Shown here: piece by piece, positions 40,067-52,996 of the stretch
How the letters are laid out: each line of letters opens with the position of its first letter
How positions within the stretch are numbered: position 1 is the stretch's first letter
Source of the DNA: Entomortierella parvispora E1425
Taxonomy: Eukaryota; Fungi; Mortierellomycota
Direction of reading: 5' to 3'
Assembly (NCBI GenBank): GCA_020891255.1
Contig: BQFW01000004.1
Coordinates: 868,001 to 932,000, forward strand
DNA length: 64,000 nucleotides
Made by a program: the position numbers and the translations under genes
The notes under the pieces: model-generated
Seen by the model: the letters and a program-made list of their open reading frames with translations, nothing else
Databases searched by the model: none
What the model was told of the DNA's origin: nothing

Positions 40067-43000
40067 GTTTTCGCTGCTCCTGTTGAATGTCCCGTATACG
40101 TGGTGTGAGTAGAAATGGGGCGGTCTCGAGTGGGGTTGAAAGATGGATGAAAACTAAGAAGCAAAAGTGGGCAAGGTCCCTTCACAGTCTCCCAATGCGA
40201 CGAATGAATGCGCGTCCTGCCTGCTGGTCGAGGTTACGCACTGCAGGGCAGTCTAGTCATGTGACTAATGGTGACGTCACCCGTTTGTCGTGATCACGTG
40301 CACATAGTCGCGCCATTGACGGTGAGTCTCTTGTATTGGTGCCCCTTCCCGATTGCTGGAGCGAACCATCCATAGGAGTAACGACGGCGCAGAAAGACGA
40401 GGACATTCATGTCACATTCCCGCATCCAAAATAGATCCCACCAACTTGCCGCTAGGGTGTCGGGTATCATCCATACTCTTGTCTGGCGACAGACCTGCAG
40501 GCGGATTTGCAGGCCCCTATTGCATTGCTTTCGCTATTCATCCGTTGTTCGCTCAATATGGTGGCGAGTCGTGAACACCCTTGAACCTTTGTGCAGGCAT
40601 TATTGTACTTTCTTTCCTTATAACTCTTTTGACATAACACATTGGCCTTGCTCCATGATGCTACCCTTGGATTTGGCTTCACTGGTAGGCGCTCTTTCCT
40701 GATTTTTTTTTTTTTTTTTTTTTGTCTGCTAGAAAAGTTGTACGGGAGCTATCGCCAAAGAGATACCCGTTATCGTAGAAATCATGGCTATAGAGGACAT
40801 ACGATCATATGAGCTCTATCTACAAACGTTTCACCCCAGGTATGTTCATGCGGTGACTTCAAGAGAGAGATCAAAGGCAGTTACTGGTCATTGCTCGCAA
40901 TTCAACATTTCCAAATAGATATATGGTCAAATAACAACGGACAGTCCTGCTCGTCTTTTAGAGGAGTTTCCGGGCAGGAACAGCTGAACACTGTTGAAAG
41001 ACCCCCATTCTTTGATTTTAGCCAAACCAATTCATGATAGACGGCGAGAAGGGAAGACGCGAATTATCACGCCCACTACTCGACGCCAAGACTACTTCGA
41101 AGCGTCAAGAGCAAAAGATTGACCTGATTGCACAAGACGCGCTACAGGGCCAGGATTGGTTGATAGTGGAAAGGATGAACAAAAAGGAGATGTATACTTA
41201 TCTCCTTAGGGAGATTCATCATTCCGATTGAACAATTTCAGGAATCCGATGTTCAGGAGCAAGCCCGCTTCTTCGGCGTATACACCGGAGGTTAGTGCCA
41301 AAAGAAACGGTTCATTATTTCATAGTCACGACTTGATCTTACTCACTTGGATGACACCCCTTTGAAATAGATCGTGCTTTCAGGCGTTTTGAATTGATGT
41401 CTTCCAGGAAGAGCTCTTTCGTATAATTTTCCAAAGAACACCCTGAGTATGAACCTCCTGCCTCCATAGAGAGTGACCAATTGCAGCTTACATGGGTGTT
41501 AGTGCGCTTGCTTCGTATATACGTTGGCATTTGTGGAGACATACCGTCTTGAAGCAGTCCTCTTAGTTAGCATTCAATCGTTTTAGATGGCTTGACGGTT
41601 GGTCTTTATCCTGGAATTTAAAAAAATAGCCCCCGTCTGTGCCTGCGTCTCCTTCTTAGTAAGAATAATATAACATATGTTCTCCTGATGGTCATCATCG
41701 CTTCGTTGCTCAGCACAGCAGACCTTGTCAACACCCTGCAGTTGGCGCGACCCTTCTTTGTTGCCGTTTAAGTCCAACCTCTGGAGTCTTTTTTTTTTTT
41801 TTTTTGAGCCCCTGCCTGCTTTGAACACCGAAATGGATTTGTGGTACTGCCTTTGATTCTATTGCGCTGACCCCTGATATTTTCAACTCTCTGATGTCTT
41901 CTTGCTTGACATGCAAAGGACTTTGGTGCTTAGAAGGAACGTCCTTTTTTTCTTTTCGGATCTCTTCGAGCTCAAACAAACTCCCCGCCCCCTTCTACTT
42001 GCTGTCACCGCAAGCGACATCAGACAAAAAGAAAAGAAAGAAAGGGGGGGACAAGCGGCTCTAGGACAAATGAGAATAACCAACCGTCTTGTTCAAATAA
42101 CCGAGAGCTGCTGTAGTGGCCATGGCTGCATCATGGCAGTGCCTTTGTCCTCAAGGGATGGATGGCCTGACAAAATGCACACCCTGGGAGAGGTCACCGG
42201 TTTAGTCGGAACAGTTCCAGCAATGGACCCAGTCATAGCACCAACTCCCGTAGCTCCAACAACGGCAGATGATAAAAAGTTCTCGCCAACATTACGACCA
42301 AGTTCCGTGCAAACTCTGAAAAGTCCCTCAAGTCGTTAGTAGCGCAAGTGTATTATTGTATCATCCGAGCGTGTTCAAGTCGGACTCTATAAACATGCCA
42401 ACTGTTCCATTGAGATTTCCCGAGGAATACCGAAAGGCTAGCTAGTAGACGTTGTGAAAATACACTTTATGATCACAGCATCCTATGTAGCACGCGCGTA
42501 TCAATCAAGTATTCTTGGTACTGCTACCACTGGACCTTTCTTTGCAGCTTGTTGACCTCATGAAGGAATTTTGTGCTTCGGACACAGGTCGCATTCTACT
42601 AAACCAGCTTTGTTTGGGGAGTCTTTTCAGATGGCCTTGGACGAACAGACGGAGAGAAATAGTGGAGGTTGGCTTCGTTCTCCACTGATCTTCAAGTCCT
42701 TCCTCTGACCTTGCTGCCCTCGTGCTTCTCTTTATCAATGTTGGCTGTTGCTTCTTCTCACTCTTCACTACCGACGTTACTATACTATCAGTTTCTCTCA
42801 CTATAGTCTCCTTTAAACGTGATGAAGTTGAACAACACATACCGTACGCGTGTCACAAGTAACCACTTGCGCGTTTTGCTCCACTCCCTACGGAAAAAAT
42901 AAAAATAAAAAAAATAAGGCGATTATAGTGTAGCCGCAAATTGACCAAATCAACGTTGTGACCCACCATCTGTCGAGAATGTACTTTTGAGTGATGGATA

Positions 43001-43569
43001 GAGTAGGTAAAATACCAGTCCTCACCATGCCGCGTCTCTTACGGAGAAGGAGGCCACCTAGGAAGAGAGGACAAGACGGCGACGAACTACCGGGGCGAAT
43101 TTTTGCCGCCTGCAGCCCCTGCAGCCAAGGCAAGGGACAGGAACAATTCAATGACCCGGAACGAAAGCAAAGCTCGCGTCAAAGTGGACAACGAAAAGTA
43201 AAAAAAAAAAAAAAAAAAGGATGCAGTGAAACGACAAAAGATGACAAGAAGAAGGAGAAGAACAGGCGTAGGGATGCAAAGTCTTCCCTTCGATCCCCTT
43301 CGGCAAGGATTTTATCCATGTGGGGGTGGATCTTCGATCAAAGCCGGGCTGTCATGTGACGCCTACATATCCCCACCGCTCAACTCTAATTTGTCCCCTC
43401 TGTCAAGTCAGAGAGACAGGATTGCAGTCGGCGCGGCTGGTCTTGGGGATGTCCAGTTGGGTGCCGAAGTGAAGACCTTTGCGTCTCTTGCCCTTCCACA
43501 CACCCTCCACAGTCCCACCCTCGCTCGACTATATAGTTTCCCTACTTATTGTGTCACTTTTTCGCTCTT

Positions 43570-43614
43570 TTCATTCATTCATTCATTCATTCATTCATTC
43601 ATTCATTCATTCAT
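43570..43614. repeat. (TTCA)n microsatellite
   Basis: About 11 tandem TCAT units upstream of SPS19. Confidence 0.9.
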
Positions 43615-43657
43615 TACTTTCTCTCTCTCCTCTCTACTTTATACCACCATTCACATC

Positions 43658-44950
43658 ATGCCCGTTGTCCCCACCACCTCCATCTTCAAAGACGATATCC
43701 TCAAGGGCAAGGTTGCCTTTGTCACCGGTATGAAACCTCTTCCTTCTATCCCTCCACTTGCACCCCCCACTGCCCCACAATCGCGAGACTCCCCACTCTG
43801 GCTGCGAAAACACTCTTTTTATTTTATTTTATTTTTATTCGGCGATCGAGAAAAACCCTGCTAACAAGTGACACCTTCTCCATTGAAATATCCATGGACA
43901 CTTAGGCGGCGGATCCGGTATCTGCAAGGGCATGGCCGAGGCTTTGGCCCGCCACGGTGCCAAGGTCACCATTTTCAGCCGAACGTAAGTCCAAGAGAGA
44001 GAAATGAAAAAAAAATGACCAAATTCCCTATTGATCCGTCCAGTCGTTTTGCTCCTCTTTTTTTTTTTTTTTGTCACTTTCTTCTGTGTAAGCGACAAAA
44101 GAAAGACAAAGAGAGGGGAAGAGAGAGATCGATCCATTGAAATCCTTTTCTCTCGCATACTTTGATCCACACAAGTTGTATTAAACCCTCTTTTTTTTCT
44201 CATTGTTTGTACCATGCTTCTTTGTTCCCTCCCCATATCAGTCTCTCCAAGCTAGAGGCAGCCGCCAAGGAGATGCGCGCCTCCACCGGCGGCGAGATCT
44301 TTGCCGTGGCCGGCGATGTCCGTGATCCCAAGCAGGTCCAGGCCGCCGTCGATCAGCACATGGCCCATTACGGCCGTTTGGACATCTTGGTCAACGGCGC
44401 CGCCGGCAACTTTTTGTCGCTCACCCAACACCTTTCCTTCAACGCTTTCCGCTCCGTGATCGAGATTGATCTCATCGGCACCTTCAACACCACCCGTGTG
44501 TGCTTCCCCCACCTCAAGGCCTCCAAGGGCAGCATCATCAACGTCACCGCCACGTTGCAGTTCAACGGTCAAGTCTTCCAGGCCCACGCCTGTGCCGCCA
44601 AGGCCGGTATCGATGCCATGTCCTTGGTCTGGGCCAACGAATGGGGTCCTCTCGGCATCCGCTCCAACTGCATTGCCCCCGGCCCCATCGCCAACACCGT
44701 CGGCATGGCCAAGCTCTCCCCCGGCGATGCCGAGGGTGACTCTGTCAGGATCCCCATCGGTCGCATGGGCGAGATCCGTGATATCGAACACGCTACCCTC
44801 TACCTCGCCTCCGAGGCCGGTTCCTTTGTCACCGGTCAGACCTTGGTCGTCGACGGTGGTAACTGGTTGCAGCCTAGCATGGCCAATGGATACCCCGAAA
44901 TCTGCGCACAAGAACTCAACATGCGCGCCATCATGGAGGCCAAGCTTTAA
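43658..44950 (+). CDS. SPS19: Peroxisomal 2,4-dienoyl-CoA reductase (SDR), 3 exons
   Basis: FKDDILKGKVAFVTG|GGSGIC, LVNGAAGNFL, VIEIDLIGTFN, AKAGIDAM and NCIAPGPI; C-terminal PTS1 AKL. Confidence 0.93.
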
Positions 44951-45249
44951 ATATTTTTTTTTTTTGTTCAAAAAGAAAACAAAGGCAACATTGCCAATTA
45001 AATACGAAAAATTTGAAGGAAAAAAAAAAAGGTAGAAAAGAAGGGTATTATTATTTTCTTTTTTGGTTCCCTTTTTTGCAGGAGAAGGGGGATTCGTTAC
45101 TTGATAAAAACTCATGGAAGATGAGATGATAGAATGGGTTGAGAGATTCGTGTACTGTAGTTCTTTTTTTTTTTCTTGGATTTTCAACTTTTTGGATTAT
45201 TCATAACAGATGGGTGGGGGGAACTCTTGGAGGCGGATAGGGACATCCA

Positions 45250-48200
45250 TCACTTGAATCCAAACTTTTTCTTGGGCTTGACAGCTGCCGCCATTTGCTT
45301 CGTGGTCAACTGAGAGTTGGATCCAACGGGTTCTTGACTGGGTCCTGCAGAGCCTGGGATCTGCTGCTGCGATCCGTATTGACCGTATTGCTGTTGCTGC
45401 TGTGGGTAAGGCTGCTGTTGGTACTGACCCTGACCCTGGTACGATGGCTGCTGCTGCTGTCCCTGGAACTGCATAGGGGGCTGCTGCTGACTGAACCGAT
45501 TTTGCTGAGGCGAAACTGGGGAGATTGGCTGCTGCTGCTGCTGCTGCTGCTGTCCCTGGAAGGGTCCAGGACCTCCGGCTCTCAAGCTAGGGGGAGGAGA
45601 AATTGGGGGCTGGTTGCCCGAGCCATGGAAGTACGTGAACACGTTCGAACCCGACTGCGATGCAGCTGGGGGAGGAGGTGGCGCTGGGAAGTTGCCATTG
45701 TTACCCGCTCCACCCTCACCAGTGCCTACATTGGGACCTTCATTTCCTTTGGCAGCGTTCAATGCCTGAGCCATCGGTTGGAACCCGGTTTGCTCAGCAT
45801 TAGGCCCCTTCGAAGGAGGTGTCATGGGGGGAGTAGCAGAGGAAAAGCCATCGGGTCCTCCCGCGGGTGGCTGGTAGCTTGCACGGAACGAAGGCTGCTG
45901 CTGCTGCTGCTGGAGAGAGTTGCCGTAGGTTCCTTGCTCAGGCTGCTGCTGTTGTTGCTGCTGTTGTTGTTGTTGCTGCTGGGGCTGGGTCTGTTGCTGC
46001 TGCTGCTGCTGAGGCTGAGGCTGGGTCTGAGTCTGAGATGGGTTGCTATCGCTAATGACAGAGTTGCGTGTTGAAACTGCAGAGACGATAGGGTACTGTC
46101 CGCCTGGAGGTGGTGGCCTGTGATATGCAATATATTCAAGGTCTTAGTAAGGTGGCATGGTTGATATATTTCCATCGGTACCCTCTAGAGAATGCGTTGA
46201 CAAAGTGTACTTACAACTTTTGGACGTATGCAGTGGGGAAGATACCAACCTCCCTTCGGAGGATACCTTGCCACCAATCGTCGTTCACTATTGAGCCGTT
46301 GAGAATAGAAAAACCGTCAATACTCAAGTCCTTGATCGATTGTTTTCCCATCCCAGGTTTTCAAAAAAAAAAAAAAAAAAAAAAAGCACTTACAAAACTC
46401 AATGACATCAATGATCTCGCCAACCTTGAAGGGCAGATCGCCCTTGTCTTCACCTGCAAAATCAAACTTAGCCTGGACCTGGGCAATCACCTGAAGCTTC
46501 TTCACATCCGATATGGAGGAAAGGCGACTGCCGGCCTCAGATGATGGTGATCCTGGGATCTGCTGCTGTTGCTCAGTGGACTGAACGACAGGCTGCTGCT
46601 GCTGCTGCTGGTGCTGTTGACTCATTGGCTGGTAGGGGCTCACCACAGAGGGATCCTTAAATTCAGCTGGAGTGGACAAAGTTGCAGAATTGAGACGGGC
46701 AGCCTGAATAGCAGCCGCGGCTGCAGAGGCCGCATTACCGGCAGAGGTACCAGGGGCGGTCTCTGAGGTGTCGGGATGCGTAGGTGCGGGGTTGAATGAA
46801 GCGCTGGAGAGGTTAGAGTGACGATGGACTCCCTGCTCCTGACCTGCGCCCAAACTTCCGGAAGGAATTGGCTCAGGGGTCACGATGATCTGGTTTCCTG
46901 GAGTCGAAACGGGTGGCTGCTGTTGCTGGTACTGGTGTTGCGGCTGGTACTGACCAAACTGCTGTCGCTGTTGCTGTTGCTGGTGCTGTCCCTGAGGAGT
47001 CGGCTGTGATGCGGAAGCGTTGCTCTGATAAGACTCCTGACGACCATGAGCAGCGATAGCTCCTTGGTCCGCTGAACCAGGTCCTGGCTGAGATACTGGT
47101 GCTCCCATGTAACTATCACGCTGCTGAACAGGGGCCATCATGGGAGGAGCTCCGGCTGCGGGAGGGCCACTCAAGGGTTGTCCGCCGTTATAGGGCCCGG
47201 AGACAGGGGGTTGCATGGGTACAAATTGGTTTTGAGGAGCATACTGGTTTTGAGGTGGTCCATACTGCCCTTGAGGAGGTACAAATGGACCCGCTGGAGC
47301 AGGAAGAACCGTAAAAGTACCAGATCCTGAAGGTTGCTGCGAATGCGAAAAACTCTCCTGATGCTTAGATTCCTTGGACTCTTTGGATTCCTTCTTGGAG
47401 TCCTTGTCCTTGTTCAGAATGGAGGCTCGAATTGCGCCCATCCATCCCTTTCCTGCTGGCTTGGCAGAAGTTTCGCTTGCAGAAGAGCTCACGGATGGAG
47501 GTCCTGCAGGAGAATTCAGATCGGGTCCTGTGGTTATGTTAGGGGGCAAGGGCTGCTGTTGTTGGTGCTGGAGGTACTGCTGATGCTGCTGCTGCTGCTG
47601 CTGCTGCTGAGTCTGGTACTGCTGCTGAAGATGGTAATGCTGTTGGTACATTTGCTGCTGTTGAGGTGGGACTCCTCCAGGCTGGTACTGCAGTGGCTGC
47701 GATGTCGAGGGACCCATGGATGGCAAAGGCGCAGGCGCAACGACTGATGATTGCACTGGACCCTGGCCCTGACCCTGACCCTGGCCTGGATGGGCCTGAT
47801 CCTGAGGTGTTCCTTGCGATGTCTGATGCTGGTGCTGAGATTCGAGGGGCGCGACAGTTGCATCCTGAGAGGGACCCTGGCTGTGTCCGGGCTGCACCTT
47901 GACCGAGGGCTTTGACTTGGGCATGTATGGCTTTGGCTGGTACAACTGGTAAGCCTGAACAGGCATTGCCGCTGGCTGCTGTGTTGGCTGTTGCTGAGAC
48001 TGCGCATCGTAGACTGTGGGAGGCGCGTTCAACGGGTTTGGCTGGAACGTGGGCTGAGCATGCTGTGCCTGATAGTTATGAGGAGCACTGTCCTTGGGGG
48101 GAGGTGTAGGGGCCTGCTGCTCTGATCGTTTGCCGGATTCCATGGAGGTCATCGAGTCCTTGCCGTCGACAGAATCGCTTGTGCTAGCAGACATTTCGTG

Positions 48201-49754
48201 TGTGTGCTGCGAGAACTCGCGCTTTTGCTGATGATGCTGGGGCGTTTCTGTGGGGCGTGCCTGGGTAGGACTGTTATCCATCTCGTCCAAAATATCAGCA
48301 ATGGACATGGGCGCATCCTTGGAGGACGAAGGAGTGTTGGACTGATGAGAAAGGCGAGCGGCCGCATGCTGTTGCTGTTGTTGGACAGGGTTATAAATCT
48401 GAGCCTGTGCTGCGGGCTGCGAGGGTGGCTGCGAGGATGGCTGCGATGGAGGCTGGAAGATTACAGGGGTGGACGATGTTGCTTGGTTCGGGTTGTAGAC
48501 TTTGGGGGCTGGGTTGGCCTCCTGACGATAGGCAGCGAAGATAGGATTGGAGGCCATAGGGGAAGTGGACCCGGCAGAAACAGGTTGGCTTTCATAGTCA
48601 GTCTTGGGCTGGTGCGAGTCGGGGCGATATTGCTCAGAATGCTCTAAATTGGCGGTGGCCACGGCCGCAGAAGCCAAAGCAGCGGGCAAAACAACAGAGC
48701 GCTCCTCGGATGGAGCGATGGGGGTAGAAACAGGCGACGAAGAAGAAGCCAACTGTAGTACAACCGCAGAAGAATGAGAAGAAAGAGACGAGCCAAGGTT
48801 CTGTGGCACTGCAGCGACTAGAGCCGATGTCTTTGCGGAGGCTGGGGGTGTTGAAGTGGCGGGCACGGATGCCGATGAGGTCGATCCTGAGGCTGGGACT
48901 GGGGTGGACACTGGAGCAGAAGTTGTTACAGAAGCATGGGTGGCGGCTGTCGTGGCAGCTCTGGCGACAGTGCTCGAGGATTGCTCGGCAGCAGCGCTCG
49001 TGACAGCAGTAGCAAGGTCAAAACTGTGGGGACGGGAGATGGTTTCGGACTCGTAACTGAACAGCAGGGGTGGCAGCTCGGGCTTTTGCGAAGGTGGAAG
49101 CGACTTTTGCGTCTCCTCCTCGTCATCGGTCGCCTCCTCCAGCACAACCACCTCTTCCTGGTCCTGCTCGTCCGTGGCGCTGGCAGTGACGAGGTTGTCG
49201 AGTTCACCCGTGACAATGCTGTGGTGGTCCTGTTCTTGGCGCAAGAGACGCTCCTGCTGAAGGCGGTCTACTTCCAGGTCGAGCTCGTCTTCACTTTCGC
49301 TTTCGTCCTGCACGAGGCGCGAGGGGATGGATCGGGGCTGAGACTGGGACTGGGGCCGGACTGAGGCTTTTGGGTCCTTTGTGGGCAGCACCAGCATTTG
49401 CAGGTCAGAGTCGAGCGAGGCTCGAGGTTGGGCCTCCTGATTTTGGAGACGAGCATTGACGACCTGTTTGTTGGCAGTGGGGGAGGGCGCGGGTTGCAGG
49501 TCCAGCTTGTAAAGCTCGGCCAAGATTCTACAAGTGAAAGCAAAGCAAAGCATGGAGAAGGGAAGGGACCATCAGTCAGGACCACAATGACAAGTACAGT
49601 ACATGACAGCGAAATAGTTTAGAAGAGACAGGGTCATTGGATGAGCCAGCACTCACATGTTGAGCGATTCCTTTTTGAGGATGCCCTGGTCCGAGAGAAA
49701 GTGGACATGTCCCTGGAGGGACTGGAGAATATGGGAACAAGCAGCTTCGGCCAT
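45250..49754 (-). CDS. Large Gln/Pro-rich SH3-domain protein (4 exons)
   Basis: Exon 1 MAEAACSHILQSLQGH... splices in frame to the 1078-aa ORF. The SH3 domain (AKFDFAGEDKGDLPFKVGEIIDVIE|..DDWWQG...GIFPTAYVQKL) is split by introns. Confidence 0.85.
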
Positions 49755-49955
49755 TGAGGTATGTGCCTAGCTGGGGTGGACGAAGGGGAAGTGAAGAGAG
49801 TCGAGTCGGTGAGGAGGAAGAGGGAGGAAGCGGGAGGAACGGAAAAAAGAAAGAGGCGAGAGAACAAAAAAAGACAAGGTCGCCCACAACACAACACAAC
49901 AACGAATGAGAGAGAGGAAGAGGGGGGGATGTGGAGATGCGAAGGAGGAATGAAG

Positions 49956-50002
49956 GAGTGAAAGAGTGAAAGAGTGAAAGAGTGAAAGAGTGAAAGAGTG
50001 AA
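49956..50002. repeat. (GAGTGAAA)n octamer tandem repeat
   Basis: About 5.5 tandem units. Confidence 0.85.
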
Positions 50003-50834
50003 GGAATAAAAGAGAAGAGAGAACAAACACACAACAACAACAGCCAAAGGAGAAACGGGTGAAGAGAGTTCCCTTGCAATCAACGGAATTGTGTTGTGCC
50101 CAGGGGATAAGTACAGTATGCACTTTGTTCAATGAGAGCGGACAGGGGGGACATGCACACACAGACACACACACACACACACACACAGACAGACACGTCT
50201 ACAGTCCAGTACTCTACTGTACTTTTTTCTGTTTGTTTCTTTCTCTCTTCTCTCGCTTGGCTCTCTCTTGGTCGTCCTTCATTCAATTACAGTATCCCCC
50301 CAACGAACGCCGCACAGGCAGGGCGAGAGCGCGTGTGGCTGTGCCCCTGACCCCTTCTTCCCCTCTCTCCTCTTTCCTCTCCTTTGTCTTGCTCTGTTTC
50401 TCTCGGTTTCTCTCTGTTTCTGTCGCCTCTCTCCACTCCCACTGGCAACTGCTCCTAGTGTAGACAGTCGAACTCAACGAACGCGTCCTGTTGTTCTGAA
50501 CTCCACACACACATTCTCTCCTTCGCTCTCCCTCTTGTGCCAACACACACTGGACAAAGAGCCACTCGCTTGGCCCGTCCGTTGAGTCTGCTTGTGCATC
50601 CACACATCAGTTTCAGCCTGAACCACCAGCTCTGTTTGCATCCACATGCACATGCACAACTTCCATTCAAACCGGCGTAAACCCGTTATTTTTCAAGACT
50701 AGTGTCTGCTTTTTGCTTCACCCTGTTCCACACTGATCCACTGAATGGCCCCAGGCCGATTTGACCGGCGCCCAAAAGGAGGACCGACCCCACAACCCTC
50801 GGGAGATGAGATCGGCAAAAAGAAGAGGTGATAA

Positions 50835-50906
50835 TGATCTACGCAGGGGTCGAACCTGCAATCTCCTGATTCGTAGTCAGACGCCTTTCCATTGGGCCAG
50901 CAGACC
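50835..50906 (-). tRNA. tRNA-Arg (anticodon ACG), intronless
   Basis: GGTCTGCTGGCCCAATGGAAAGGCGTCTGACTACGAATCAGGAGATTGCAGGTTCGACCCCTGCGTAGATCA folds as a cloverleaf with a GGTTCGA T-loop; a T-run terminator follows downstream. Confidence 0.95.
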
Positions 50907-51182
50907 ATCTTCCGAGAAGCCAAGCTGGCTCCTCGAGATATTTAGTTTTTTTTTCGGCGCTACAAATACTAACTGAATCACGTGATTTGACACATGTCTG
51001 TATGGTCACATGGTCACACTTAAGGGGTCCAAAAATCATCAAACCGCCAAATGTCCAGCATCGGTATTCCTCACTGTCATTGTCCTGGTAATGGATAAGC
51101 ATCACGGCATGGGGAACAAACATGGGAATGCATTTTTGCTGGTGTATATAACGCTTCATAAACCGGCTATCTATTTTTTTAT

Positions 51183-51900
51183 CTACTCTCGCTCGACGGG
51201 GATCGTCCTTTCCTTGATCCTGGAGTAAAGTCCAATATCCTCGTGACAGCTAGGGCAAGAGTGCATGATATCCTTGCAGGAGGTGACGCAGAGAGGCAAC
51301 AGACAGCAACCACAAGATGTTACTCCCGCCAACAACAGACCAAGGATTCCAAGGTATGTACAGGAACCTGTGCAAAGAAAGAATAACAGACAAGCTTAGA
51401 ATGAAACTTTTGGTGGCGCGTTTTAAAATAAATCTCGGTTAAGGAGGGGCAAGAATGCCAAGAGAAATCTCCTGGGACGTACCATTTTCTGGGGTGGTCT
51501 CTGTCAACACAAGGTAAGAGCAGTGTTGGCACACCACAACACCCGGCTTCGCCTTGAGATCTTGGATCCTGGATGGGGGCCTCATCAAGATCAAGGGCGA
51601 GGCCATACAGCTAGCATGGGGCTGCTGCTGTTGTTGAACGTATTGAGGGACATGAGGTGGAGGCTTGGATGGGTCATGGAACTTTGGATGTTGGTACGTG
51701 GGCTGGTAGGGTGCTGAAGGAGCACCAGCACTGTGATCCAGCTGAGGATAGAGTCCTGAAGACGGAGCAGCAGACGTGCCTGCTTGGTGTGGATGGATGT
51801 AAGGAGATGAGGGGCCTGTGGATGGAGTGTAGGCAGGGGGCTGAGGCTGCGAGTCCTCCGAGGTGTTTACGGGTGAGTAATGGCCTTTGCTGTCAGACAT
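51183..51900 (-). CDS. LITAF-like zinc-ribbon protein (2 exons)
   Basis: PPAY/Pro-rich N-terminus, VVCQHC, a hydrophobic segment, then KDIMHSCPSCHEDIG. Confidence 0.88.
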
Positions 51901-52399
51901 TGTGAAAAGCGGCTGTAGATGGGCAAGGGTTCAAGATGAATGAAGATGAAGAGGAATGTCTTTTTGACATTGCCTCGTTTTGTAGTCGTGGTCGTCTGTG
52001 CGGTGGCAAAGTCTTGGCACTCCAAAGTCGACCTGCTGCCTGGCATCATGTGTCATGTGATCATTTAAGAAATCTATCATTTTTTTTTTTTTTCTTTTTT
52101 GTCGTCCTTCGGCTGGTGTTGTTCGTCGCGTCGTCTTGGAGGATCATCTGGGGACGAACGGACAGTCCTTGGCGTCAACTTTGATCATGCGGTGACATGG
52201 CCGTACGAGCTTGCCTGTTGAGTCTCAAGATGCAGCCCTTTGACCAAGGTAGTTTATCCCTCACTCCTGAGTCCTCTCCCCCATACTGTAATAGTTTATG
52301 GAGTGAAATCATTTTAAACTCAGAAAAGTAGTCGAGGTGTCTCGCAGTAGGTCAATGGCCCTGGTGGCTTAGAAATGCAAAACCAGGCCAACGAGGGGC

Positions 52400-52705
52400 C
52401 AATTGCAGGCTTCCGTGCATTTAGCGCTAGAATTCAAATTTACAGGCGTTTTGTGCGGAAGATACACTCAAATAGAGGGTTTGAAAATCAAACCCTAAAA
52501 AACCCTTACTGCCACGGGGCCCCGGTTCCCAAAGATCCTGTTTACAAACCACTCTCGATATTGAAATCCTACTAAGAAAACCAATGATTTTATGTCGAGA
52601 GGGTCATCCTCAGCTTGTTTGGTGCATGAACTTGGGGGGAAAAGATGCTTTTTGTCGTGGATTCGGTGACGTAATTCTAGCGCTGAAAACACGGTTGTGC
52701 AATTG
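52400..52705. repeat. Imperfect ~35-bp inverted repeat (52400-52434 / 52673-52705) enclosing a perfect 9-bp hairpin (52476-52496)
   Basis: CAATTGCA..CCGTG..AGCGCTAGAATT pairs with AATTCTAGCGCT..CACGG..TGCAATTG. The internal hairpin is AGGGTTTGA-AAA-TCAAACCCT. Confidence 0.7.
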
Positions 52706-52996
52706 CAATTGACTTCTTCATACAAGGTATCGCTCATAGCGGAGCAGCATGGAATGAGAATGTACCTGAACACATCTTTCCATCCTACCCTGCCCATGCC
52801 AAACTATCCTATTGTCGTTGTCTCCGTTGCGGGACATGTTAGTCCTTCGCTCCATCTCTCATCTGATCTCTGCGACTATAAATAATCTCGGTCTGGTGCG
52901 CCTCATGATGTCTTTATCCGATACTCGCTCTTCTCTTCGAAAACCTTCTCTTCAAAACACTTTACTCCTGCTCATTCCCTGCTGATTGACTTCATC

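Noticed and set aside
45295-46074. 259-aa Leu-rich plus-strand ORF, and similar antisense ORFs over TAF7, ARG82 and the bZIP gene
   Set aside because: These are shadows of CAG/GAG low-complexity coding sequence on the opposite strand.
52855-52880. CTCTCATCT match to the reverse complement of ~60700-60710 as a possible TIR pair
   Set aside because: Only 9 bp of low-complexity sequence; not enough to define element ends.
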